Below, in pieces: positions 10,991 to 23,795 of a stretch of 64,000 bases of DNA (position 1 is the stretch's first letter; each line of letters begins with the position of its first letter). A model generated the notes under the pieces. That model was not told the origin of the DNA and searched no databases. It worked only from the letters and a program-made list of their open reading frames with translations. Source of the DNA: Ophelia neglecta (taxonomy: Eukaryota); assembly GCA_965285935.1 (NCBI GenBank), contig OZ260665.1, positions 20,026,001 through 20,090,000 on the forward strand, given 5' to 3'. A program made the translations under genes and the position numbers.

Positions 10991-11453
10991 TTTTTAGACA
11001 ACAGATATATCCGCTAGTACACACCGGAGCCCCCGGAAACAAGTACCGCTCTGTAAAGTAGTGATGGGATGAACCGACGATAAACTAACGATAAAAGGAA
11101 GAGGCGTCCTCCAATTAGGACAGTCTCAGCCTTCAATTACCCTCAGCATGTGTATAAGGTAAATAAGGGGCTAGTCTAAGGGGATTGTCGCTGGTGAATA
11201 AGCAGATCGAATAAGGGCTTTATATGCATTTAACATGATAAAGTGATGACTTCATGGGATAGGCCACGGTATCGCAATTGGAAAGTTGGCATAATCCACC
11301 AGTCTTTAAGTTCTGGCGGTTAGTGATAAACTTACTTGGGTAAAAATGACACTATCGAAACGGATATAAGCTTAAAATCATTTTAAAAGTCGACAGGATC
11401 GACTCACGGTTCAACTCGGTCGTATTGATTTTCAAAAAAATAAAACACACAGC

Positions 11454-11528
11454 CTTACCGACGGGTAACCTGAATCTCGGTCTCCCCCACGACAGGCCGG
11501 GATTGTTGTCACCATACTAAATCGTTGA
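11454..11528 (-). pseudogene. Highly decayed tRNA-Asp(GTC)-like relic
   Basis: ccgacgggtaacctgaatctcggtctcccccacgacaggccgggat...caccatactaaatcg is colinear with the array tRNA. GTC is retained, and an A7 run at 11434-11440 gives a minus-strand T run downstream. Confidence 0.75.
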
Positions 11529-11780
11529 CATAAGAATTCATTTAGTAATACGGCTAAGCATTGTTCCCAATACTACTTATTTACACACGCACCATGACAA
11601 GAGCCATCTATTTTTTAATTTAATGCGTTGAAGCAAAACACACTATATTTTACCATTTTTATTTCTAAACTTTGGTTGAGGTTTATAAAGACATTAATTA
11701 TTATGGTCCCCGGTTGTTCCGTATAATGAAGTTTATAGTTGCTGTTTTTGAGGGTTACTGTGGAATATGAAGCCTTGGGA

Positions 11781-12110
11781 TGTTGTTGTTGTTTGGGTGT
11801 TTTACGTGGCTTTCAACACTAATCGGTCATATCGCCACAGTGCCTACTTGTGAAAGTGGGCTCAATGCCCTCTTTATAGTGCTGCCTCACTGGAGTACCT
11901 GCCGTAGACACCAGACAGGGAACCCTACCCAGTCACATTATACTGACACCGGGTTGACCAGTCCTAATACTACCCCCGACATACCGGGCGCATGGCAGGG
12001 GAGTTATCAGTACCTATTTTTACGTCTTAGGTTTGACGCGATCGAGCTTCGAACTCCGATGTCCCATTTGCGAGGCGGACGCCCTAACCACTCGGCCACG
12101 CTTTGGTGGT
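11781..12110 (-). mobile_element. tRNA-derived SINE with Meta/MESC-type central domain
   Basis: Minus strand has A box TGGCCGAGTGG, B box GAGTTCGAAGC, central GGACTGGTCAACCCGGTGTCAGTATAATGTGACTGGGTAGG and tail GTTGAAAGCCACGTAAAAC..(AAC)n. Flanking direct repeat ATGAAGCC(T/C)TGG at 11767-11778 and 12111-12122 is the TSD (1 mismatch). Family assignment is from recall of the consensus. Confidence 0.88.
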
Positions 12111-15100
12111 ATGAAGCCCTGGCCTACAATCAAAATTATGGTAGCAATGAATATTTCTTTCGGCCCGCACCCACGTGGAAGAGTGTTTCCGCTATAAATG
12201 GATTACTTCTATGAGTGCTTTCATATCTCGTGTCCTCAGTAAAATTAAAAAAGAAACATTGTTTATACTTTTAAAAATAATTTTACACCTTAGCTAAATG
12301 ATCAGTCAAGTTAAACATGAATGGATTGGAAATAAGTAAGGTCCCAATATGACTGTGTTGATATCACTTCGTATGCTGCAGATCCACACAAACTAAGATG
12401 GCCTCTGCTAGATTATTTGTGAAAAAAAAGGCGTCGCGCATGCGTAAACAACAAGTAGTTTTTTTCAATTTATCAAAATATGAATAAAAAGGAAAAATGC
12501 TAGGTATCACTTAAACAAAAATACGTATTTGAGAGTAGCCAGAACAGGTTCCAAATTAGTGCTGACCTTGAAAATAGACCAATTATTTCAAGGTCAAATG
12601 AACAGCTGATCACTAATTGCATGAACGATTGCATCTTATGCATGCCGCTTCATTTCTGATGATACCGATTTTAATGATATTACTGATGTTACGTTACCTG
12701 TCATGTCACCAACACTGGAAACTTTCATTGCTTGCTGATTTTTTTTTTTTTTTTCATATTCAATATCATATGCTGGGATTTTTTAAGGAGACGAGCGGTT
12801 GTCTGTTTCATTGGCGTATATTTCAGTTCTCGATGAATGGCTAGGAAATTCCGTTAACTGTTCCATCCTCTCCCTTCTAGTTTAACAACTCAATATAACA
12901 ACAAGTGCATCCTAGCCTACCTTTGCATTACACGAAAGACATAAAATGTCTTTGGTAATCGGTAGATCAGACAATTATAGACTGAGAAACGCCTATGTGT
13001 CCGACTGCGTGTTGCTGCTGTTCCTCAGACAACGCTTCTGGTCAGGGGCATGATTGCAAACAGCTGAGCTTCCTGCTTTATTGCTCGGGTAAGCCTGGTA
13101 ATGCATTCATAACAAATGAGGACCGGTTGCCAAACAACCTTATTAGACATTCTAGAATGGCATTCAGGGTCATGAAAAGTCAATCTTGGGTTATGCACGG
13201 CGTACATCACCTGGGTGAACTAGGTATTTTGTGGGGAAAGAAAGTGGTGCATGGATGTCAGCGAGCCTTAACTCTTCCCTAATATATGGGGGCCTTTAAG
13301 TAAGCCACCTTTAAAGAAACGCGTTGTCAGTCACGTTATCAACTCAAAACGTGTGACTACACGGCTCATGTCTGAACCATTATAAACATTCCAAGATATA
13401 CTTTAAGATCTACAGCAAACTGATATTAACAATTGCCACACGTGGCGTATCTGAGATAAATGTTATTTCCGAAAGTACATTATGGACTATGAACATCATA
13501 GCAAAGAATTGCAAAGTAATATGTTAAGGGTAGATGCTACGACTTCAAGCACATATCGTGTTTTACCATTTGTTCTTTTTCTGCTGGGTGTTCACTCCTG
13601 TTAGTTTTTTCTAGAAACTCAATTGGAACGCCCCAACATTGTTAAGCCCCTAAAGGGTAAAGTCGGGCTTTATGCGCGAAATAATGCTACTTACTGCGCG
13701 GATTAAACGATGTGGAACCCTGCTTGCCTTTACACAGTGCGGGCAATAACCGTACACCGGAAGGCGGAATTAACCGGTTTGTGAGCGGTTTGTGAGCGGG
13801 AGCAGACGACAGTCTGAGGGGAAAAATCGATACTACTCGACTTAACCCTACTTGATTAATTTGGCACCAACCACTTTTGGGTCTATTTTCTAAAGAGAAT
13901 GATTGAACAATTCACAAGTAGGCGCGACAGAAATGAAATCACCAGACAAGTGCTATCCTTAAGATACCCATATATACCTCTTATAATGTCCTGATTATGA
14001 CGTTTTACTGTGTGAAAAAAGACGTGTGCAATACCTGCAAAAACTTGATGCTAGACATGATGTTGTTAAACCTTTTGAGGTCTGTCACTGATCCCATCTT
14101 GTGGGAAGTACCCCGTGCACATATATTATATGCCGCTACGCATCAAAACAATTGAGTGTTGGAGCCATTATATGATTTGGCAAAATGGACCACTGGGGCT
14201 TCACATTATGTTTAGAAGTGTAATGTTTTTGCAGATTTACCACAGATGCTATGATGCCACACAATCTAATCAAATATGTGGCTGCAGTGGCACCGACTTG
14301 AAATATCAAATGTGTCCTTTATTCAGTGTTTTTTTTCAGCTGAGCAAACTACCTAGGTATTTTGTGGAGAAAAAACCATGATTGGAAACACGCCGTATGT
14401 ATGATAAATGTTCCAAGAACCGAAATGTTATATGAGCGCCCTTTGCTAAACTACCTTTGCCATTTTGAAAGTAGGCACTAATAGTCAATAGCGACATGAA
14501 ATAAGCATTAAGCTTTGAATTACGTCCTGCTATTCATGTAATCATCGCCTATCATGTGATTATAGGGATTACGTCTGAACCATTATGAACAGTAAAAGGC
14601 ACTTAATTATGGTATACTGTATATTATCATCATCAATGACCAAAGGTCTCATGGCAAGGAAACTGTAGTAGAACAATGAACACCATCCACCAAGACTGCA
14701 AATATACATATTATATTCCATACATGACGATTTAGATCAAACAACCTCCCATTACATACAATCAATCAATACTCGCACATATCAAACTGCATATACGAAA
14801 CACACATAATAAGTTACATTCATACACAACATGTACACATACATACATGCATTCACACACTTATTCAACGAATCAATGCACAGACATACATATTCTCCAC
14901 ATCCAGAGTATGTAGAGATGGATTTCATTAACATAATTCATCCGGGAATATCGATTAAATTATGCATTTTCATAACCTATACTGGTTGAAACATGACACT
15001 ATTATTTTTAATGGTCTAGTAGAGCTCTCCTTTCTAAGTATTTATATTTAACATACCTTTTCCTTTCTGAGAAGGATCATAATTGACTTTCCGTTCATCA

Positions 15101-15891
15101 GAGCGTTAGATGTTGATATTTTGAAAACATTGAATTTGTATTCTATCATACATTATTGTAAACACTAGGCTATGAGCACACACATTTAAACGGCAGACAA
15201 CCTTTGGGCTGCAAATGGAATTTTTCAGCGTCTTTGTGGTATTTCATGCTTATTGATCAAGTTACCAAGAACTTTGCCAGCTTGCTAATTCAATGTATAT
15301 ATGGTATATATTATGCATTTATATATTGAGGTAATATAAATAACTAATATAAGAACGTATATTGAAAATTGCAAATGCATCATATGGCGTTGGCATTTCA
15401 TGTTTTTGTTTTACTCATATTTCGATTGCAGAAAATAAAAAAGTCTGGGCTGCTTATATGAAAGTTCAATACACTGCCTTATGCTAAAAGGAATGGATGT
15501 TTTGCAATACAATTTGCCATCATTTCAACTCAGAAACACCATTCTATCTGCTCCATTAGCAAGCTGAAGTGTAACACACATTTTTCAGATTCAATTTACC
15601 ACAATTAATAGATGTATGATTTCAATGGCGCTCTGAAAGCCATATGTATTGTAGGAACACCAATAGAACTGTCTCAATTTCCATCACCATAACGGCTTAG
15701 ACATGTCCCTAACCATATAACATACTAGAACCGAAGTATCCCATTTTTTGGTTCACAGAAATTGTTACTTGGGAAACCAGAAGCTTTTCCGGATTCTCAC
15801 CCTAAACCACCATATACAACCAACGATTAGGTTGTAATATTAAGCGGAAGACGCTATCTGAAGATAAAGAAAACGAATTAATCAATTGTAG

Positions 15892-15962
15892 TCCATTAAA
15901 TATGTCCGAAATCATGAGGACACGCAAGCTGCACGACAACGAACATCAATTCCCAGCTTCCT
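15892..15962 (-). repeat. Unclassified dispersed repeat, partial copy
   Basis: Minus strand ggaagctgggaattgatg...tcctcatgatttcggaca aligns with the 22125-22296 copy. Confidence 0.55.
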
Positions 15963-17696
15963 AATTGAAATCAAGGCTGAATATAGTCTGATCAACCAGT
16001 ATTACTCTGTTGTGTAATCAACGTTTAGGTGAAAACAATGGCCATTTCTAACAGCCATAAAGTATAAATAGATAGACTACCATTTTATTATGCTGCATCA
16101 TTATTGCAGATTCTTTGCAGGCGCTGTACAAAATGTGGGCAAGGTATCCAATAAATCTTTGTTATCTTCTACGCTTACTGTTCTGCTAATCATATTTTCT
16201 TTGCAATATAATCGAGGATAGCATAATACATGACCGACATACCATCACAAATTTCATAAACAAAGTGGTTAAAATACTCCCAGAACGCCCTGAATATGTT
16301 TAAACGGGCCGAGATTTTTAAGTGGGTAAACGCAAGCAACAACGGTTAATAAGAATATTGTTTTTCCACTACCATTGGCTTGACTAAGAACATTGGCATC
16401 GGACGAAACATCTCCTTCAGCAAGCAATATCTCCAGGACCATGAAACATACCGATAATTGTCGAGCAAGTCTAGAGAGTTTAATAAATCTACTATGATTT
16501 GTACATGCGGTTCAATGTTGATAATGCAATTGCTGTTTTTATTCTGCAAGGCACCTTGTATAGAGATACATAATCAGGAACCCGTATGAAACCTGCACAG
16601 TGAACCTTCAAATCAGCTTACAACGAATATATACGCAAGTCCAAGTCTCACTGGTCAATACAATATTCAGGCGTCTGCAGAAGAGAAGTCTGATTTGCAA
16701 GCAGTTTTGAGGATGCCCCTGGTAATATACAACCAGCCTATCACAAATTATTTAAAATGGAGTTCGTAACCTGACTTTGTTATTTACTGTGCCTCAAACC
16801 CAGATACATAGAAAAAAGGAAAGATTGCTTTTTAGAAAACGGCTGAGTCATATTTCTTCGTATTATATGAAATAAGCTCCGGTTTTGAGCGATAGAGAGT
16901 ATTTCGTACGAGATTAACTGAACAAGCCTGATATGTGTGGCTAGATGGAAATTTGAGTACATGTCTTCTCTGAATTAATTCTATCGTCGTCTATTTAAAA
17001 GGATTCAACAACCAATATTATCATCATGCCTTCCTAAGGTATCAACAATTTTATATCTGAATATGGATATTATTTGCTCTTTTGAGAAGCATTTGAAACA
17101 CTGTTGATATTGTCACCGGCTTATTTAACATAAAGGTGGATGTGGATTGATGCTGGTTCAACACTGCCAAGAAATTATAAAAATGACGCGTATGATAGTC
17201 TTAAACTTGGTTTATTGGAGAATAAACTAAATGAATAAAATATCTTGTTTTTTTTTGTATTTTGCTAACTATTCTTCGATTCTAAACACAAATTTTTGAA
17301 TCAGTAAAACATAAATTAGACTAAAGTAAATAATATATCAATACAAATAATAAAGCAATATATACCACTGGTCGGACATTCACATCAAGATTGTTGTCAC
17401 TTACACGAGGTGATAAAGGGATAAACCAGTAATCTAAAGTGGCATCCGGCAATCAGTGTGAAACAAAGTTAATCGTTCTTGTGCAATCCTATTATTTGCC
17501 ATGCGTGAAAGCTTTTGTGTATAACAAGGCACTATCACTGAGCTCCCTATAAGAAGGAGAATGAGATGGTTCTATAGCCGAGGAATGAATGCTTCCTACC
17601 GATGAATTTATATAGCTGATGTCATATTCGAAGGATTGGGCCATGGGAAAAAGGAAGGAATCGTTTCAGTGGAAATAAAGAGAAGCAAACCGATCA

Positions 17697-17768
17697 TCAC
17701 TCATGGCTGGAATTGTGCCGGCGGTTAGCCACGTGACACCGGGGTCCGCGTCACTATACTCCCGAGCT
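17697..17768 (-). pseudogene. Very decayed tRNA-Asp(GTC)-like relic
   Basis: ggaattg..cggt..cc(a)cgtgaca..cgggg..cactatact..cgag keeps the order and approximate spacing of the tRNA blocks, including the TGTCAC anticodon loop. Confidence 0.55.
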
Positions 17769-18612
17769 GTGGACAAAAAAAAGATGGTTACATATATCAA
17801 GGCCTCAAACAGGAGGAGAACACATATTATTTATGTAGCCAAAAAACTTCATGTGGTCATTGTTTTGAGGCTTGTCATTCATAACATTGCATCAGAATTG
17901 GGTCTGTATCGGACTATGTTGTATTGCATATGACAAAACAAGCACAAGGTCACATTTACAATATTTAATTATTATCTTGCATGCAGTCGATCTTCTTGAA
18001 CGCAATTTTTAAAAGCCGTTTAATCATCTTTCGCAACCACGAAGGGCAATATCTATTCGATCATAAATTGGTTGCCACGGGAACCATAGGAACATGCTTA
18101 AACGGCCAATAACACAAGACTTTCTATCTACATCCATCAGCTGTTCAGCAAACCGTTGGAGACAGCCAGCTTTCTCTTCCATTTATTATTTTGCTCAATG
18201 GCATAGATTGCACAAAGAATCCAATTTCCTTAAGAATATATAGAATGTAGTATATTAACTATTATACCATCCACTTCCTACCTTCCACTGTATTGTTCCC
18301 TAGAGGTCAGAGCCCGGTGGATATAAGTGAATAAGTAGGCGGAAATTAATCAGCTTCCTGCAAGAGCTAATCTTTAGGCCATATAAAACATGGGCGCGTT
18401 ATTTGTCCCTTGTCAACGCTGAGAATCCCGGGGAATCATTGACTGGTCCTAGTTTAGAATCTATTTCCTTTCAACCCATCCTGACTATCTGTAACTAAAT
18501 TTCTGTCGACTTAAGATGGCTACCTGGTTGAGTTGCCTGGCGTACCCGGTCCTCAACCTCTTAATCGAGTACAGCTAACTTTGCTATAGAATGCATTAGG
18601 CCAGTACATTGG

Positions 18613-18763
18613 TGTGGATACCAGGAAGCCAAAGTACACTCATCAACTGTTATTAAATCATCAGGAACCAGCAACAAGACCTCATCCATCAATTACCAGC
18701 TCCCAAACCGTAACTAAACTAGTAAATAACAAAACTAAAAGTAAAAATTAACCTGCAATGAGA
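18613..18763 (-). repeat. Unclassified dispersed repeat copy
   Basis: Minus strand ctcattgc..gtttgggagctggtaattgatg..gctggttcctgatgatt..cctggtatccac. Confidence 0.65.
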
Positions 18764-21132
18764 ACACCTTTCAACACCTTTCCATGGTGCGGGTCAAGGC
18801 ACTCTCTCTTACGTTTGCCTTGGGAAAAAACCGCACGACTAAATTTGCATTTGTACAAGTTTACGGAAAAGATATAAAGTGGTCGGGATAACAAGGTATT
18901 TGGTGGGGAACATCTTTATAAATCTGACCAAAAAAATTATCGATTGTCTTAATACTTTTCTCTGGCAAGTATTGACAATTTTTATGCCGGAGCTTGACCC
19001 CATTGCTCAGAGCTACTCAGCTAGGCCGTCTGTTAATCATATTTTCTCTGGTCGCGGGATCTCTTTCATCTAGCCATGCTCTATGGCAGATACGACTCGC
19101 TGATTCACTGGCAGATGTGCATATTAACGGTTAAATATTTGTGGAATACGATGTTTATCCACCCTTCTAATTGCATAAAGACATGGCTCACTATCAAAGA
19201 GAAATATTCGATATTGTTAAAAATATATAACGACATTTGAATATGTGGCCATGATATTGAATAAACTATATCAACATGAAGGAAAGCGACACAATTTGCA
19301 AAGTATAGTAAACAATGCCCCACCCCCCTCCGCACTAGTTAGTTTTATTCGTTGAAATGGCAAGGTATGCTATCTTTCCTATCTAGATTATGACTAGTTG
19401 GACTTAAGCAGAAAGCCTGCTGTTGTTCCAATTATCGCCGACATCAACATAGACTACCCTAGCGGACTGGATTTTTTTCTTGCCCTATAAGCCCATTACC
19501 CTAATCTAAGTATCCTGCCTTGGAAAGTTTAAGTTGGCAGAAGATGGTGAATGGCGACAAGCTCCACTATCAAACCATAGCAAATGAAATAGGGTACCGG
19601 CAACATAAATATTCCGTTATTTTTCTCTAAAGTCTTCATACCGGTTGGAGATATTCCTTACCATTTTTTATTATTCACAGGTACAGCAATATCTTGTTTC
19701 GTTGTGTACTCATCTTGCAAAAGGCAAAACCACGCAAACCAAACGAGAGACTGGAAGCCAATTTTGATCGTACCACTAAAGACATGGTTGAACAGTATAC
19801 TACCATATAGAATATCTTTATTGAAACATCGGCGGAGCCATGTTGACCTAATGTGCCCCATGACAAATATTTGTAGCTCTATGTATAATATTTCAGTGTT
19901 TTCGAGGTAGTGCGACAAGAACCATCCAAGTAAAATACGTCTATAGTCAAAACCTTGTTATATGGGCAGCTACTACAATACCAAGAATAATCATATTCAA
20001 AGAAGGGAGTACCACACCTAATTATTTGTTACTAATCGAAGCAGAATACCCAGTTATATTTATTAACGAGAACGCAACTGATAATTAAAGTTTCAAATAG
20101 TAAATAAAATACTCTAATTATTTACAATCAATACATCAATCAATTGTCTCTACAAATGTAGCTAAGAACTATTTGCATATAAACTAATCATACTCGGCAT
20201 ATCTATGGTTTGCTTATATGTTTTTTTGGATGCCTCACACCCTTTCTTCATGCAGTTCCCATTTTATCACAAAAGGTTTGCAAAGTCGGAGTTTTAAGGA
20301 AGTGTGTCCCTGTGCGAATAACCGCGAATATCCTGACTTTACGATCGCACTCTGTACTACTTTATTCGTTTACACATTAATATTTGTTACCGTAAGAATA
20401 ATTGCGAATATCCTGAAGACTTTGTCGTCTTACTTGGTTTTTTTTTTAGTCATTCCACCTGCCCCATTACTTAGTTCTAACGTTAGGATGAACAGCCAGT
20501 CTTTTTATATCCGACCCTAACACTACCCGACAGGTTATTCCACCTGTCCCATCAGCCTGTTACCCTAAGGTATGTGTTAATGATAAGTTATTCTGTCATT
20601 AGAATTTTGGTTTTCACAGCATCAAGATCTTTATAGGGTATTCTTTCTTGTTTTATTAACACCTAAGCCCTTTAAGCCGGGTTCTGTGAAATGTATACTA
20701 ACGTGTGATGATGTTGACTACAGGAGTTATTTTTGGGTCAGGAAAAAAATGTACAGGAAGCCAGGGAGTTTTTTTTAATATAACCCGGGCATTGACGTAC
20801 CGCTGAGCCCTTTTGTTATGACCGCGGACAGGCAGGGACTTCGCAAGTCAGCGTGGAATGTGTATATACATAAGCCTTCGAACGACAAACCGCCATTCAT
20901 GGAGACCTTTGACAAATGTAATAAAGCCGATCGATGACCAACAGAGCTTTGATGTGTTTTTTTAACATAGGAGGACAAGAACCATTAACGGGCAAGCCGC
21001 AAGGAAGAAAACTCCTTATGTTGACAAAAAAAGTACAAGATAATGTTACTTAATTGGGAGTCGATGTTTAGGTGATATGATTGGAGAAAGTATATAGACA
21101 AATCGATTTGGAGATTTCTTGTAAAGATAGGA

Positions 21133-21168
21133 GTGTGTGTGTGGGTGTGTGTGTGTGGGGGGGGGGGG
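21133..21168. repeat. (GT)n microsatellite plus poly-G
   Basis: Direct reading. Confidence 0.85.
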
Positions 21169-21250
21169 CGGATATAAAAAATACGTTTAGATTACTGTGT
21201 ACAGCTTTGCATTGTTAAGACAAAACTAACGTCACGGATCGTCTTCCCAT

Positions 21251-21352
21251 GGGGATTGATGTATTGCTGTATGTAGACCTGTGGCTATTAGTTCCTGATG
21301 ATTTACATTTAATGAACTATTCTTGATTTTTGCAATGCCTGCCGGGTATCCA
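21251..21352 (+). repeat. Unclassified dispersed repeat copy
   Basis: attgatgtatt..ctgtggct..gttcctgatgatt..ttcttgatt..ctgccgggtatccac. Confidence 0.65.
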
Positions 21353-22124
21353 CGTATTCCTTTACTCGACGAATAAGCTCCATCCCACTGACAGCAATCT
21401 AGAACCTACCTACCTGGATAGCCAGCCCAATTGATTGCAGCCGAATCGGCAGAAGTGTTTAGCAACCACTAAGAAAATAGAAAAAACAAAAAAAGAAACC
21501 AAATAGAAAAGGAGCAAAAGGGAAATTGTTATCCAACGCTGGTGATATATATTAGATCAATGAGATTCATCATAGTTTCAAGGTTGGCCCGTTAATATTG
21601 CTGTAGTCTGATTGGGTGACATGACCCACGAACATAATGTAACGTCTTAGAGTAGCGTGTGGAGAGGAGAACTGTCGTCATAGAGTAAGTAGAACACGAA
21701 GCTTGGTAAGGAATGTACTTTTATGGAAATGAGTACACTGAAGCCCCCTAAAATATGTCTGTTCCTAATTAAGCGGCCATCTTTTTATCCCCTTAAGGCA
21801 GAATACACTCTACAATATGAAGGATTTACTTAGTTTCGTCACGTTCAAAAGTCGTGCTTCTTGCTACGGATTTGCAAATGGCTTCCGCTCAAGCAATGTA
21901 TGCCGCAACAACGTATAAGGCACCCATAGTATTCTAGGGAGAAGCGAAAAGCAAATTTATGAAACATGGTTCGTCTGCTCTTAGATTACCACTTTAAGGG
22001 ACGAGATAATTAGCTGTATGCACGACATCTCACGAACACAATCTAGCCTACAATTACCGATTAATTTTACCGGCATCATGGAAAATTCGTGACTACTTCT
22101 CTATTCAAGTGTTATCATATATAT

Positions 22125-22296
22125 GTTTTCATTGGCTGTTATTTGCATTACAAGTTTATTTACTCATTGTGAGCTGGAGATTAATTTATTGATGTACTTG
22201 GGGCTGTGGCTGTTGCTTCCTGATGATGTCGGACAGACTAAAAGGAATATTCTCGACTAATGATTGGGTCTCGTCTGCCGTGTATCCAATCCGATT
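22125..22296 (+). repeat. Unclassified dispersed repeat copy (most complete)
   Basis: ttatttgcattacaagtt..gagctggagattaat..ggctgtggctgttgcttcctgatgatgtcggac..tcgactaatgatt..gtctgccgtgtatcc. Confidence 0.7.
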
Positions 22297-23313
22297 TTTT
22301 TAACTGAAGCTTAGTGATCGGAACTATTCAAGAAATCAATGTGAGGCTTCACTTAATGGTAAGAAGTGGATAAATATTCCACCAACGGGGTAAAATGATA
22401 TCCAGATGGGGTAGATCATGGTGGCAGATGCCTTAAATGTTGTGCTAGTAAGCCGCCTGAAATGCAATTCAAGACAATTTTTTTTCCAGAAGTTTCTCTT
22501 TCTGTCGCATTAGTGACTGATTCATCTATCACTAAACGTTGAAGCTTCTTTATCTAATGGATCACAATACACAGAGAAGCTTGTTAAGAGCGGATATCAA
22601 TCATTCCTTCGTAGGAGCACTTCTATACCTATATTTGTAGCTCCCGCTCATGGTCACGAGTTGAACGCTCTTGAGTAATCGATGCAATTTTCAAGATGAA
22701 ATGTGTGGTCTCGTGGGCACAAGCCCTTCAGCCACCCGGGAATCTATTTCCAGGAAGTATATGAAAAATACAGAAACGGCAGCTGCATACATGAAGAAGA
22801 AGGAAAGATCTTATTAAAAAATAGGTCTCTGACGAAATGAATACTTAAATATTGAACTTGACATCACTTGTAACATCATTTCCTACCTTTAGTGCCTAGG
22901 GCTGAAGATACAAGTGGCAAAACCTTTTTAAAATACAATGAGCTAAAATAACGTGTTAGCCGCGAATTTTGGTTCACCGTGTGTCACGCGCCATTGGTTA
23001 ACTTGTTTGTGTGTTTAAGGAGGGGGGGGGGGGCGAGCTTGATAACAACTTTCAAACAAGCAGTTTTTCATATTTTTTATAAACATTATTTTTTCGAACT
23101 TTTTTTGAAGGAAACCTACTATTATTCACTTATCTGAACAGTCTATTAAAACTTACAAGGCATCGTATATCGTATACAAATATTGTGTTATGTATATTCG
23201 TTCTGTCGTCTATCTATTAAAGTTGCCGCATGTCCGTTTATTCAAAGCGTGCAGACAGTCTGGAGGGACACATCTCACTAATGAAATGATTTGAATTTGA
23301 ACACTTTTGAGTA

Positions 23314-23795
23314 TTAAGACTGTCTTGTGTTTTTAGTCTGGAGGCTACCTGGGTCCAGGTTGAGTGAGAGTTCACTTGTAGACTTTCGTTTTGTCATAAT
23401 TCCCTTGTGTTTACTATGCACTGAGTTTTTAGATTTTAGCCTTGAATTTATTAAGTTGAATTTATGGCGGAATTTCTTGACAGCTTTCGTAAATATCGCA
23501 TTTCCGGTGTATTGGATGTGAATTCCTTCCGATTTTTCATTGGCTGACGGTTTTTTAAATATTGACTGGCAGTGGTGTCGAAATACGCTGGTCCGAAGGT
23601 CATCTGTCTGTACAAAACCTTGTACTAGTCTCTCTGAGTGTCTGACAATGTATATTTAATATATTGATGGCTTCTTGAGCATATCCTACATATATTCCAG
23701 TGATAACTCGACTGGAAGCAGACATCCTCATCAAATATCCAGCCGCAGAGTAGCCAATGAGTCGATCGTTTTCATTGGGCTAAACGATGCTTGTT
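23314..23795 (-). pseudogene. Decayed SGNH/GDSL-esterase-like coding remnant (resembles LINE ORF1 esterase domain)
   Basis: Manual translation: ..SIV*PNEND..SASSRVITGIYVGYAQEAINILNIHCQTL /frameshift/ QGFVQTDDL..SEGIHIQYTGNAIFTKAVKKF..RQS*. The second frame is open for about 110 codons. EGIH..G resembles SGNH block V (DGxHxxxxG). Confidence 0.4.

Noticed and set aside
11780-12214. 144-aa ORF
   Set aside because: It lies antisense across the SINE and has no protein-family features.
21290-22260. Hammerhead ribozyme or C/D snoRNA reading of CTGATGA in the dispersed repeat
   Set aside because: No conserved GAAA/stem II or terminal D box, and CTGATGA itself is altered in several copies.
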